This document shows, one piece after another, positions 51,057 through 64,000 of a DNA stretch of 64,000 bases. The notes under the pieces were generated by a model that saw nothing but the letters and a program-made list of their open reading frames with translations, was not told the origin of the DNA and did not search any database. The stretch comes from Schmidtea polychroa (lineage: Eukaryota): contig CM097885.1 in NCBI GenBank assembly GCA_044892525.1, positions 4,030,001-4,094,000 of the forward strand, read 5' to 3'. The translations under genes and the position numbers were made by a program. Every line of letters begins with the position of its first letter. Position 1 is the stretch's first letter.

Positions 51057-54000
51057 TCATTCGCCATCCTTGGAGAAGTACTTTACTTGTACCAAAGCGG
51101 CCTCGGCCACATCGATATCACTTGACATGAGCTTGGTCCAATCGGTGTTACCAGCAACAAAGCCTAATTCTTTTCTCCGCTTTTGCTTTTTCAACTCCTC
51201 GAAATCTGCCCATTTCACCTGTAAAATGAAATGATTTCTAATTAAATTATAGTTTTAATATAAATTCTCACATGTTTCCCTCTAGATTTCTCATCGATAT
51301 TTAATTTATTTAAATTCTCCATTTCAATTTTCAGGTATTCTTTGATGCTCAGTACCGGCTGCTGTTGTTCATAGCTTGTCAACTTCACACCGTCCAATCG
51401 TTCTAAATTCATACAAAAAGTTAATTAGATTTTAATGACGCCGGGCTACAAAATTTGGATAGCGAATAGCGAAATCTGTGGCGAAATATAACAAAAAATC
51501 AATTCGAGGGGAAATTTTTAGGTTTTACATTCACTGATTCACTATCAAGATTTAAACTTATTACATGGTGTTAGGTTTTAGTAATGCGTAAACTTGGCAA
51601 CTAGGGTATCAATAGACATTTTAATTAATATAGCACTCGCAAATGGAGCATTTAGTCACATCAGGAGCCATAGGCTACTTACCAATGAGACATTTAGTCA
51701 CATCAGGAGCCATAGGCTACTTGCCAATGAGACATTTAGTCACATTAGGAGCCATAGGCTACTTGCCAATGAGACATTTAGTCACATCAGGAGCCATAGG
51801 CTACTTACCAATGAGACATTTAGTCACATCAGGAGCCATAGGCTACTTACCAATGAGACATTTAGTCACATTAGGAGCCATAGGCTACTTGCCAATGAGA
51901 CATTTAGTCACATCAGGAGCCATAGGCTACTTACCAATGAGACATTTAGTCACATCAGGAGCCATAGGCTACTTACCAATGAGACATTTAGTCACATTAG
52001 GAGCCATAGGCTACTTGCCAATGAGACATTTAGTCACATTAGGAGCCATAGGCTACTTGCCAATGAGACATTTAGTCACATCAGGAGCCATAGGCTACTT
52101 ACCAATGAGACATTTAGTCACATCAGGAGCCATAGGCTACTTACCAATGAGACATTTAGTCACATTAGGAGCCATAGGCTACTTGCCAATGAGACATTTA
52201 GTCACATCAGGAGCCATAGGCTACTTACCAATGAGACATTTAGTCACATTAGGAGCCATAGGCTACTTGCCAATGAGACATTTAGTCACATCAGGAGCCA
52301 TAGGCTACTTGCCAATGAGACATTTAGTCACATCAGTGGTGGTAGGTCACTTGTTCTCGAAGTGTCATGGTTACCAATCAATGATGGAATCAAGTAGCAG
52401 TAACCCAAAAGGAGTACACCAGTATAAATTCTGCAGCAAATAATATTCAATGCAGAGATTGGGTAATGGAACTCAGGCAAGAAAAATCAATATCAAATAA
52501 ACTAAACCTTTTGTATCTTCAAAATCTTCATCCCATTTGCTCTTGAAGAAGCCCGTTTCCGTAATCGTTTCTTCCTCCGACTCCGAATCAGACAACACGA
52601 CAACCGGCTGCTCGTCAGTAATATCTTCCATCTCTACCTACAATAGGGGCAATAGCATGATTACAATATCCAATATTGATTCCTATATTAATACGTCTTC
52701 GATAGTAGAATCCTGTAGGAAAGATGTCGCATCCAACTTGTCGAATGCGCTTGGGGTTTCTTCCCAATCGTCCGCCATCTAAATAAATCAATAATATTCC
52801 ATTTGAATTCCAGTAATGAATAAATATGTGAAATACGAAAGGTGACAGAGCAAGCCCACCGATAAAATATATAATATAATTTATAACATGCTCCTAACTG
52901 TTTCCATTAGCGACATGATAAAACGAGGTAATGTAAAATACGGACGAAAACAATGACATCTTTCCCTGATGAATCAATCAATATTATACAAGCAATCAAT
53001 AATGGATCAATATTACATTAGCAAATGGATAATGGATCAATATTATTCTAATAAATCAATAATGCATCAATATGATCCTAATAAATCAATAATGGATCAA
53101 TATTATCATAATAAATCAATAATGGACCAATATTATCCTATTATATCTATAATGGATCAATATTATCCTAAAAATAAATCAATAATGGACCAATATTATA
53201 CCAACAAATCAATAATGGATCAATATTATCCTAATAAATCAATAATGGATCAATATGATCCTAATAAATCAATAATGGACCAATATTATCCTAATAAATC
53301 AATAATGGACCAATATTATCCTACTATATCTATAATGGATCAATATTATCCTAAAAATAAATCAATAGTGGATCAATATTATCCTAAAAATAAATCAATA
53401 ATGGACCAATATTATACCAACAAATCAATAATGGATCAATATTATCCTAATAAATCAATAATGGATCAATATTATCCAAATAAATCAATATTATCCAAAT
53501 AAATCAATAGTGGATCAATATTATCCAAATAAATAAATAATGGATCAATATTATCCAAATAAATCAATAATGGATCAATATTATCCAAATAAATCAATAA
53601 TGGATCAATATTATCCAAATAAATCAATAATGGATCAATATTATCCAAATAAATCAATAATGGATCAATAAAATACCGATTAAAAACAGAAACGAGGGGA
53701 ACAAATGAGAGTGAAAACAGTGGAGCAAGTGCATAATAGAAATCCCCATACAAGCATGACGGGATCAGAAGTAACCAATCGATATAATTGGTTGCCTCCG
53801 CTCAATAATAATGATAATCGATAATCGATATAAAGTGTGATTAACCTTGTAAACCTGTGCCGGTGTGAACCTGTCCTCAGAGCGCTTGGCACAGATTATC
53901 GGTGACACTTTCACCTCCATAATCGATACCTGAATATCAGTTTAGGTCGCGATTGATAATTTATCGATTGCCGCTACCTGGAACCGATTCATTTTGGCAT

Positions 54001-56724
54001 ATTGATAGAATATGGCGAACTGCTCAACCTTTTCATTGATGCAGTCCACCAGGATCACACTGAAAAATCCCTCATCGATTTGCCGTTTGAATAATTTGAA
54101 TAATTCGTGACGATATTTTGGTTCCAGATCTGGTTCATATTCAAATTTGTTGTCCTCGACAAAGAAATGATCGAGAGATAAGATGCGAGGCGCACTCCTA
54201 TTGTTTGCTATTTCTTTCTCCTGGATGAGCATAATTACAATAATAATTAATTAAATAATAAAAATACTAAATGATAATAATATAATATATTTATATTAAA
54301 TAATAATAAATAAAAATAAAATAATAAAAAATAAAAATATATAATAAAATAAAAAATAATAATGAATAAAAAAAATATTAATAATAAATAATAAATAAAA
54401 ATATTAAAAAATGATAAAATTAATAAAAATAAAAAATTTAATTTAAAATAATAATGAAATAATTAATAATAATATAATAATATTAAAAAATAAATAATAT
54501 TATTAAAAATAATAATAATTAATAATAATAAATAATAAAACAATAATAATCATAATTAATAATATAAATTATAATAAATAGCATTGTATTTATTAATTTA
54601 TATACATTAAGTAAAAATCGATAATAATAAAATAATAATAAATATTAAAATAAACAAAAATATATTAAAAATAAAAAATATTAAAAATAATAATAATAAT
54701 GATAAAATAATTAATAATAATAATTATAATAATAATTAAAATAAATAGCATTGTATTTATTAATTTAATTATATAAAGTAAAAATCGATAATAATATAAT
54801 AATAATAATTATTATTAATAAATAATAATATAATAAAATAATAATAATAAAAATAATATTAAATAATAATATTAAAAAAAATAATAAACATTAATAATAA
54901 TAATAATTAATAATAATAATAAAGTAATAATTAATAATAATAAAAATAATAAATAAATGATAAAATAATAATTAATAATAATAAAATAATTAATATTAAT
55001 AAATAATAAAATAATAAGCATATTTAATAATATAAATTATAATAAATAGCATTGTATTTATTAATTTTTTCATTTATTAATCGATAATAATATAATAATA
55101 ATTATTATTAATAATAATAAATAANNNNNNNNNNNNNNNNNNNNNNNNNNNNNNNNNNNNNNNNNNNNNNNNNNNNNNNNNNNNNNNNNNNNNNNNNNNN
55201 NNNNNNNNNNNNNNNNNNNNNNNNNNNNNNNNNNNNNNNNNNNNNNNNNNNNNNNNNNNNNNNNNNNNNNNNNNNNNNNNNNNNNNNNNNNNNNNNNNNN
55301 NNNNNNNNNNNNNNNNNNNNNNNNNNNNNNNNNNNNNNNNNNNNNNNNNNNNNNNNNNNNNNNNNNNNNNNNNNNNNNNNNNNNNNNNNNNNNNNNNNNN
55401 NNNNNNNNNNNNNNNNNNNNNNNNNNNNNNNNNNNNNNNNNNNNNNNNNNNNNNNNNNNNNNNNNNNNNNNNNNNNNNNNNNNNNNCTGACAAAATGTGC
55501 TCTTGCCCGATCCCGGCAACCCCCTCAATATGATGACGTGTCGGCTGTCGACAGAGCGATTGATGATATCATTGATATAAATTGTCCGACTGGTATCGAT
55601 TGGCTGCGGTTTCGATGGGAAAGTCGATATGTTGTGTTGCTGATTGGAGCTGCAAGTGACCGGTGCCGATTTACCTGCACTAGCAGCAGCAGCTGGAACT
55701 GTATAATCGAATATCTCAACTTGCTCCGGATCTTGATCATTGAAATATGTGTAATTGTAATGGCCATACGAATCGCGTGTCTCACGGAGCAGAGATCCCG
55801 GTGACAGGTACTGGAATTATATTGATTCATTCACCCCTCAATACATTTGTGCAAATGGCAGCATAATCAATGTAATGAATCAGGCTGATCTGATAGGATC
55901 AATATATATACAGCCTGATCCCATCAAGGCCCCATCGGGAGCATAATATAAAGGGTGTAAATGCCCACTGTGACACAATTTATCGATTGAAATAGTTTCA
56001 TAAAACAAAATATCGTATAAATATTTCCTATAAAATCCCAGAATAAATTTATTTTCATTCATTCCTTTAAATTATTTCCATAATCAATATTCTACAAAAT
56101 TTTTTTAATTTCTTCAAAAAACTAATTTAATTGCATTTATAGAATTAATTAGAATATTAAATGAGTTTTCTCTATATAGCATGAAACAAAAAAAATGCTT
56201 ACTTTGTTCTTGTCTAGTGTGCGAGAAATTGTATAGTTATATACATCCATAGACCAGGAAAAAATGTTTGAAGGATTATACTTAAATAAATTTGAATTAA
56301 TTGAGGAACAATTTTTATCAGTTGTAAAGCTATCACAGTTTTTTGGGGGATCATAAAAGTAAGAATTATTTGGAGAATTATATGGTAAATAGTCTTGTTT
56401 AGTTTTCCTTGTTGGCTGCTCACTAATCTGATCAATTAGATATCGTTTCCGTTCATTTAACTCTTTTTGCTGAGAATTTATTGAAGATATTTGATCTATA
56501 ATAGAATTCTGGTTAACAGTAGTCATGTTACTATAAGACGTATTTCTCTGGTAATCATTCATATAAGACTGGAGATGGTCTAAATCTTTTTCCTTCTTTT
56601 CAATATCTTTAATTTCAGTTTTATATGAATTGCTAGTTTCATCCTTTTTATTAATAGGTATAGAATTACTACTTTCATCTATAGAAAAATAGGAATATCG
56701 AGATCCATTTGACATTTGATACAT
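51057..56724 (-). CDS. YLPM1: YLP motif-containing protein 1 homologue (multi-exon; 5' structure tentative; one junction falls in a gap)
   Basis: Exons give VIILRGLPGSGKST, EKEIANNRSAPRILSLDHFF..DEGFFSVILVDCIN, QVYK|MADDWEETP..LQDSTIED|VEMED, FKSKWDED, ERLDG and VKWADFEE..ELGFVAGNTDW..KYF, collinear with the YLPM1 C-terminus as recalled. The stop is at 51057-51059. Confidence 0.85.
51649..52336. repeat. 42-bp tandem array (about 16.4 copies) in a YLPM1 intron
   Basis: Unit CATTTAGTCACAT(C/T)AGGAGCCATAGGCTACTT(A/G)CCAATGAGA. Confidence 0.97.
52968..53670. repeat. 30-bp tandem array (about 23 copies) in a YLPM1 intron
   Basis: Unit approximately AAATCAATAATGGATCAATATTATCCTAAT. Confidence 0.95.
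54240..55125. repeat. Extreme A/T low-complexity (AAT-rich) intron sequence
   Basis: Almost no G or C; it runs into an N gap. Confidence 0.85.
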
Positions 56725-58578
56725 TTCAGTAGACTAATCAATATTAGATTTATGTAAATTATATTAAATCGTTACATTAAAATTACTTCAATTAAAAAAT
56801 TTGGTGAAATGAAAGAAAAACTTTTCTTAATTTAATATTTGACAATTTTTAAATTATTATCATGAACTAATAAATAAACAAAACCAAATTTCTAAAATGT
56901 TAGATTTGAAAATTATTAATTTTAATATAATTACTAGTTTAATTACAACTACCAAATTTCAATTAATTTTGTAAATAAAAAATTCATTTAATATATAATA
57001 TTACTATTTAAGTTAATAAATATAAATTAACCTTTAACGAGAATAAAATTAATAAAAATGACAAATAATAATATTTAAAGTTATTTATGAGAAAAGAGAT
57101 TAGTATTTTAATTTATTTGGCATGAATTTTCGGAACATTTATCAAGTTTTTGATCTATGCACAAGGATGTCATTGGCATTACTTGCGCTGGGTTACGTGC
57201 GGTTGGTTACTTGCAGTGAAGATCTGTCACCTCTAGAGTCTTGTTTGTAATCATGTTAACGAATTCAGATTATAATCATTTGTATTATATCGCCAGTAAT
57301 TTTACAGAATTTTTCATCTAATTTATTTATTTAGTCAAACTCATTGAAATGTTTAAAATCTATTATTTTAAGGAGGAAATTTTCTTTGGCTTCAAAATGA
57401 TAATAATATATTTTTAAATTACTAACTTTAATATGACTTAAGGAAACAATCTTTTCAATTTAATTAATTAGCTATGTTTAATTAATAACATCAAAGTCAA
57501 CCACACTGTTAAAATAAAATATTAGTGAAAGCATCAACAATAATTAAACAGCAATATATAAATAAAGATGTTTAATTATTTTTTATGACCCTCTTTCCGT
57601 GCTGTCTTCACTTATTAGTCCATTTGAACTTCCCGGGCCGAGGCTGGCAGTGCCTTTTCGACACTGAAACAGTCCGTCAGTTCTTTCAAAGAGATTTGTA
57701 CTTCGCTGCAATTCTGTAAAATGAAAGAATTGTTACTACGTGAGTCTATAAAATATTTTGAAGGTCTTGTCATAAATTCATGTCGGGATCTATCGGTCTC
57801 TTTTCTCTGTGTCAGAAAGAAAATATTAATTTTATAAATCAAATATAAAAATTTAGGGGCTTCAAATTAGAAAATTATTAAATTTACCGAAATGTGGATA
57901 TCTATTTTCATAACTGGAATTTTACTTTTGATTTCGTTAATATTCAAATGAGTTGTCGCTTGAGTATTTCCTTCTTTAGTTATTTTCTCCTTTCGTCGTA
58001 ATAATTAACCTTATCTTGTAAATTCGGTCGGTTTTTCTTGTTCAAACTCTATCCTCTTTTCGTATTTTCTGAGTTTGCAGAGAATGAAATTTTTTGTTTT
58101 GGTAGTTTTGTTGTGGAAGCTTTCTCTTTTTTCACTTTTATTTTGAGTTGAGTTTTTTCTAGAATTTTCTGTAGAAATTTTTGTTGTATTTTTTTGTTGA
58201 AATTTTTGTTTATACAAATTTAAACGGGTAGGAGTCCGACTTATCGAGTTTCTGCTTTATGTGTCTTTTATGCTGGATTTCAGTGCATCATTATGAGGAC
58301 CAGATTAATTGCTGAATAATTTTAGGTGGGTTTTGTTGATTCAGCGTCTTTTTCAGTTGAAATTTTTGCTAGTGTGATTACGTCCGAATTTGGAGAGTAA
58401 AATATATTTTTTTTAAATTATCTACCATTCTCTTCTCTCCTCATTTTTGATTGTAAATCACTTAATCATTTTACTGTTTGTTCTTTATTCCTTCCTTTTT
58501 TCTGTGATTTCTTTTTCGAGCACTTTCAATTAATTTTTCAAACTTTATTTTCCCTAATTTCACCAATATTTTCATCTA

Positions 58579-58794
58579 CCGTATTTTAGCGCATATAACG
58601 CGCACGTTATACGCATTTTTACAAACCGTGCACCCCCCATGCGCGGTATCTGTGGGTGCGCACTTTATGATTTATATTTTACACGTGGCGGCATTGCCAG
58701 TGGAAATATTTTTATGATGTGACAGTAACCCTACCATCGGTTTTATTGTTTATTGTAATCAGATACCGTGCGCGTTATATGCGCTAAAATACGG
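58579..58794. mobile_element. Tc1/mariner-superfamily (Tc2/pogo-like) MITE, 216 bp
   Basis: Perfect 28-bp TIR CCGTATTTTAGCGCATATAACGCGCACG, flanked by TA. Confidence 0.9.
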
Positions 58795-60689
58795 TAATAT
58801 GTTTATACTAATGACTCGTTTACTTGTCTTTGATTGTTTTTATTTTACCATCTCTTATAAGCGTTATTGGAACTGTGTTTGTATATTTTGCATTTTTCAA
58901 TCATTCATTTCTTGATTTAATTAGTGTTTTTCTGTATTTTTCACTTTCTTATTTTTAATTTTTAATTCTTATCTTGTTTTACTTTTTTTTCTTAATCTAT
59001 TTTTCCATTATATTTTTTTCTCCTTTGTTTTATTTTATTAGCCTTTTTATTTCTTGTATCTTTTCTCTCTCTTTCTTTTCTAATTTAAATATTTCGCATT
59101 TTTCATGTATTGTTTTACCTTTTTATTTAGACAACCGGGTTCTCGTATTCATGTAGTTTATTGGAATGTTCAGGATCATATAGTTCATTAGAATAATGTT
59201 TATTTTCGGACATCTTCAGCCTTCCAGATTTTATGGCAACTAATAACAAATAGAATTGATTACCTTTCTGCATCGGTTTGTTGGGTTCTAAAATATTGTT
59301 TTATTTAATTATACTTGTCAAATTGTTAATTATTCCTGTCAACCTTTCAGAATGGCGCAATAAATTCAAATAATTTTTATTCAGTGACAACAAATTAATA
59401 TTTAACAATTTAATAGAAAAGAATTACATAGTTTAACAATTACAATCATAACATAATATAATCATCGACATTTTAAATTAACATAGAAGTTAAATGACAT
59501 GAGAGACTGACTTTGATCCTAACAATAGAATGGGTTATTAAAAAAGCATTAACACTTATCGTAAATGCATTCAGAGATTCTCATTACAATATATATTTCA
59601 TTCAGTAGAGATAAAAAAAATTGAACATAAAAAATTGCCATCCTAATAACATCATCAAACAATATAAAAACATGTACTTTAGGCGCATGTATGAATTTAT
59701 TTTATAAAGATAAGTAAATTTTATTATTAATATATTCTTATCACATGCCATATATATGTTGATTAACTACAAACGGTTAATCGTGAGTCCGGAACATTAG
59801 AAACCTTCAAATTACCTTAGATTGTCCCAAACATACCTTTACTTACTTTAAAATTAACATGCACGAAAAACCCAATTTCCCTAAATAATATAATATATAT
59901 TGACAAGGACTATCTTATAGTCGAGATTTTTTCATTAAATACATTATTTGCAGCAAAAGGCTTAAATTATCATTTTATTGTTTTAAATAATAAATGCTGC
60001 TACTAAGAAATAATCACATTAAAATTGATAAATAATCCATAGTTTTGTTGAAATTTACTGAAATATGTTATTACTCTGTTGGAATTTGGTGAAAAATATA
60101 ACAACTTTGTTACAAGTTACTAAAATATTTTGTTTTTTAATGCAATTCACTGTAATAAAATATTAATTTATTGCAACTTAATGAAGAATTTCATAACTTT
60201 GTCGTGATTTAATAAAATATTTCACAATTTTGTAGTAATTTATTTCAATATTTTTATTAATTTTTTGCCATTCACTGAAATAATTTATTACTTTGTTGCA
60301 ATATGGTGAAATTTGGCAAAAATAATAATAATATTAATAGTAATATTAATAATAAAATACTTATTGAAATAAATTTCCCATTTTACACATTTTAACGACT
60401 CTTACATCACAAATATAGCCAATTATACACTCGGATTTACTAACTCTCATAGCCCATATCGATTCTCATTTCACCACTCATCTACCTCGATTCTCGTATT
60501 ACAGCTCTTGTTAACTTTCATTACTTAAAAAAGCAACTAATTCAATAATCCTAAAAAGCACGACCACTCCATTAAAATATAATACTAACAGTACATAATT
60601 ATGTATGATTACTCAATCAAGCATGTCATGTAAACCCGATGACTACGTAAGGATTATATAATACACACAGGGGCCCTTGGTTTAGTATC

Positions 60690-61856
60690 AGACTACGACA
60701 TTTTGTCGAATATTTGTATCTTTTCAATTCTTCTGTATAAAGTTTATTTGAGTTTAAAGGTCTTATTTGAGGTCACTGCTGTCATAATCAACATATCTAA
60801 CATGACATAAAAGAACTGCTTTGTTTGTAACATCTGTTGACTCATCCATTTGATTTGCAAATGACTCTGACTTCTTGACCTTTTCGATGAGTTGATCTTC
60901 AATATCTGCCGATAATTCCTCAATCCTTCTTCCAATTGTGTCATTGGATAAAGGAATGGCCTTCATTTTGTCACCAGCTTTTAAACCCAAAATCTCTGAA
61001 CAAACATCCACCAAGCATGGTTTTATTAGTTTTTCAGCAATTGAAAATGCTTTTTTACATTCGGTAATTCGAAAAGCAACCAAATAAGAAGTCTTTAAAA
61101 GTGATTTGTTGGCTAAAAGGGACTTTTGAAATGAATTTTTTTGGCTTTTTATCCAGAAGCTTTTCTCTCAAAGAAATCAATTGGTTGTGATTCCAATTCT
61201 TTGTGTTTTGAGTTCAAATGTGATAAATTATTTGCTTTCATGCTTTCATTGGACAGAACTTCCCACACAAATGATACATTGTGATTTGGGACAACTTGCA
61301 TCTGATCCAGGCCAAGAAATAAATCCAAATCTTAAAAAAGTAATGTTGTATTTGCGAACAAAACTTGACCTCTTCTTTTTTTCGGGTGGACGCTGAACTT
61401 CTTCTTCATCATTGTTTTCAACAGCTGTTGAATTGTTATTGTTAACCTTTATAACAAAATTGTTTAATGTTGCTTGTCTTTTTTTACGTTTCATTTTAGG
61501 ATTGGAAAAAGTTTTCTTTTACAATTATGCAAAAATAAACATTTTTTGATGAAATTCTCAAAATACTTAAAAAGAAATGATTCACGTTTGCGATAGAAAA
61601 CTGAACTGAAGTATCTTAAACAAAATTTTAAACTTTATTAATTTTTAATTTTCATTATAATGATATAATTTTATATTATTAAAATAATTTTAGATTATTA
61701 AAAACTTGATTAATTTTTAGCAATTTTAAAATTATATTTATTGATTAATTGTAAAAAATTAGCATTAAATAAAAATTTTTTCAAATTTGCTCACGACCCA
61801 CACAAAATCTTCCACGACCCGGTACCGTGTCGCGACCCGGCGGTTGAGAATCACTG
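60690..61856 (-). mobile_element. 3'-truncated Buster/SPIN-type hAT transposon
   Basis: 5' end CAGTGATTCTCAACC with CACGACCC subterminal repeats. The ORF pieces RKYN..FLRFGF..QCIIC and AEKLIKPC..IPLSNDTIGRRI..QMDESTD are ZBED5/Buster-like. Confidence 0.85.
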
Positions 61857-62563
61857 GTATAAACCATTGTTAGATTCTGATTATTCTTTTAAAAGCTTTT
61901 TATTTCTTTAATTATTATTAATAATGAAATTTACTAATGTTGTTAACAATTAAAATAAAATAATTTTATATATTAATATCAAAGGAATGATGGGGAAATA
62001 AAATTAATAAAAACACTAAACCAACCGAAATATATGTCAAGTAAATTATCCTCATAATCAATTTGTCAACATAATCTGTGTCACAGGTCATACAGGGAGA
62101 TAATAATGATGAAGTAGTAATGAGTAAATGAGTTAATTAAACAATGTCAATAAATTCCTTGCTGATTGAATGATAATTATGGGGGATTGTTATTTAAACT
62201 TATTAATAACGTGTTAATATAACATTTTAAAATCGTTTCAGTTAATTGTTCATTTACGCATTTTCCTACGCTCAAAAGTGTTACTCAGGCTTTTCAATCG
62301 GCAATGTTCTTGAACCCTTGTGAGGACACGATAACGGGAATAATTTCAATTTATAAATTTGAAAGTAGTAATAATAATCGTAAATTTAAATTTAATGAAA
62401 TATTCCGCCTCATTTAAACAATTTATTATTTTATTATCAAACTTTATAAATATTTTGATGTGAACTTTAGATTAAACTGATGTAATGACCTTTATGACCA
62501 ATATAATATCATTGATCAGCCATAATAAATGTGATCTGATCTATTATTAATCTCATTGAATAG

Positions 62564-64000
62564 ATGATTTGTTATGTTATATTAATTTTGATTTTTGTCA
62601 TCTTTTATCTCTATAGGTCAAGGAAAGAGGATCAAAGATTGGCACCGATTGAGGCTGGACTGCCTTTGTTTGGAGTTCTATTTCAACTGAAACATCCAAT
62701 CTTGGAGTATTATGATGAACTTGTAAAGAAGCATGGCCCGATATTCAGAATGAGAATTGGACTGAGAGATGTGTTCATGGTGAGCGATTATGATTCAATT
62801 AGAAAATTGTTCATTGAAAATGGACAAAAATCAGCAGGCAGATGGAAAATATTCCAGCCATTGTTGCTTGCAAACAATTCTGGTATTGCTTCAATTGATG
62901 GGGATCTTTTCAGAACAAAGAGAAATTTTATTTTGAAGGTTTTTCAAGATTTTGGAGTTGGTAAATCTCAATCTGTTCAAATTGTCCACAGCGAATGCCT
63001 AATTTTGTTAGAAGAGCTTGAGGACAATAATGGTAAAATGATAAATTTTGGGAATGTAATACCAATTCATGTTGCCAATATTATATCAAGGTTTGTTATG
63101 AATAAACGGTTTACTAGAGATGACCCAAGAGTTATCGCTATTCGGACCTTGATTTATGAATTTTCAAGAGAAAAGGATATTTTCCAATTATTATTTTTTA
63201 CTCTTCCGGTATTCGATAAGTTAATTTGGCTTTGTAGGTTCTTAATAACGTTCACGCAAAGAGGTAAAAACTTTCGTAACGTTCGCAAAATATTTCAAGA
63301 AGAAATAGAAGAACGCAGAAAGGTGTTAAACTTGGATTCGGAAGGTGAAGACCTAATTGATTGTTTTCTTTTCAAACAGCATCAATTAAAATCTACGACT
63401 GGATCGGTTGGAAGCTTTACGGATATTCAACTGATTCAGAGTTCTTTGGAGTTATTCATTGCAGGTTTTGAAACGACTTCAACACTTTTGGAATGGAGTT
63501 TCTTGTTCATGGCTAGATATAAAGACATACAGGAGAAAGTTCATGAAGAAATTATTGATAAAATTGGTAAAGAAAGGTTACCAACAATGAATGACCGAAA
63601 GGAATTGACATATACACAAGCTGTGATGGATGAAATATTGAGATTCAGTAGCGTCGTACCAACAGCTTTGATCCACCGAATGATGGATGACTGTATATTT
63701 GAGGAATACTATATTCCAAAAGACTCGCTTATCATGGCAAATTTATGGAGTTGTCATAATGATCCTAAGGTTTGGGAGAGACCGAAAGAATTCTATCCGG
63801 AACATTTCCTATCGGTTGGTGATGATGAAAAAGTCAAATATTTGCCCAGAAAAGAGTTGATTCCATTCAATATCGGAAAGCGGCAATGCTTAGGCGAATC
63901 TCTCGCTAGAATAGAATACTTCCTATTTTTCACATCCGTTTTGCAAAGATTCGAGGTGAATTTGGCGAAGGCAATCACAGAAATTGAATTTCAAGATTGC
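62564..64000 (+). CDS. Cytochrome P450, clan 2-like, intronless paralog; runs off the end of the window
   Basis: The frame is open from ATG 62564 to 64000 (479 codons, absent from the ORF track because it has no stop): membrane anchor, AGFETTST, EILR, PEHF, FNIGKRQCLG. Confidence 0.9.
   Translation, partial: MICYVILILIFVIFYLYRSRKEDQRLAPIEAGLPLFGVLFQLKHPILEYYDELVKKHGPIFRMRIGLRDVFMVSDYDSIRKLFIENGQKSAGRWKIFQPLLLANNSGIASIDGDLFRTKRNFILKVFQDFGVGKSQSVQIVHSECLILLEELEDNNGKMINFGNVIPIHVANIISRFVMNKRFTRDDPRVIAIRTLIYEFSREKDIFQLLFFTLPVFDKLIWLCRFLITFTQRGKNFRNVRKIFQEEIEERRKVLNLDSEGEDLIDCFLFKQHQLKSTTGSVGSFTDIQLIQSSLELFIAGFETTSTLLEWSFLFMARYKDIQEKVHEEIIDKIGKERLPTMNDRKELTYTQAVMDEILRFSSVVPTALIHRMMDDCIFEEYYIPKDSLIMANLWSCHNDPKVWERPKEFYPEHFLSVGDDEKVKYLPRKELIPFNIGKRQCLGESLARIEYFLFFTSVLQRFEVNLAKAITEIEFQDC

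Noticed and set aside
51594-53753. Repetitive-protein ORFs (FSHIRSHRLL.., KSIMDQYYPN.., LLIYLDNIDP..)
   Set aside because: They arise from 42- and 30-bp arrays inside YLPM1 introns whose flanking exons join in frame without them.

Overview
AT-rich eukaryotic (metazoan) DNA with four assembly gaps and many very short (34-48 nt) GT-AG introns. A gapless 35/42 match at 14919-14960 to the freshwater-planarian spliced leader SL-1 (SL sequence recalled from memory, not searched) suggests a triclad flatworm host. Host genes: a TRAF-like RING/zinc-finger/MATH gene, two intronless clan-2-like cytochrome P450s, CFAP53-like and SAXO-like ciliary microtubule-inner-protein genes, a class A GPCR with melatonin-receptor-type NRY/NAxxY motifs, a YLPM1 homologue, and an RNF126/115-like pseudogene. 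Mobile DNA is abundant: three hAT lineages (one complete with an 8-bp TSD), hAT, Tc1/mariner and piggyBac-like MITEs, a mariner remnant, non-LTR RT fragments, a short repeat family carrying minimal hammerhead ribozymes, and three intronic tandem arrays. The most notable region is 11.2-13.5 kb. It holds a decayed CRESS ssDNA-virus Rep (HUH motifs II/III, Walker A/B) with a divergent small C3HC4 RING ORF and two unidentified ORFs, and probably represents an endogenised ssDNA virus. About 1.5 kb further right is a full-length spliced-leader copy that likely marks a retrocopy of a trans-spliced mRNA. All calls come from manual translation and motif reading; no database search was run.
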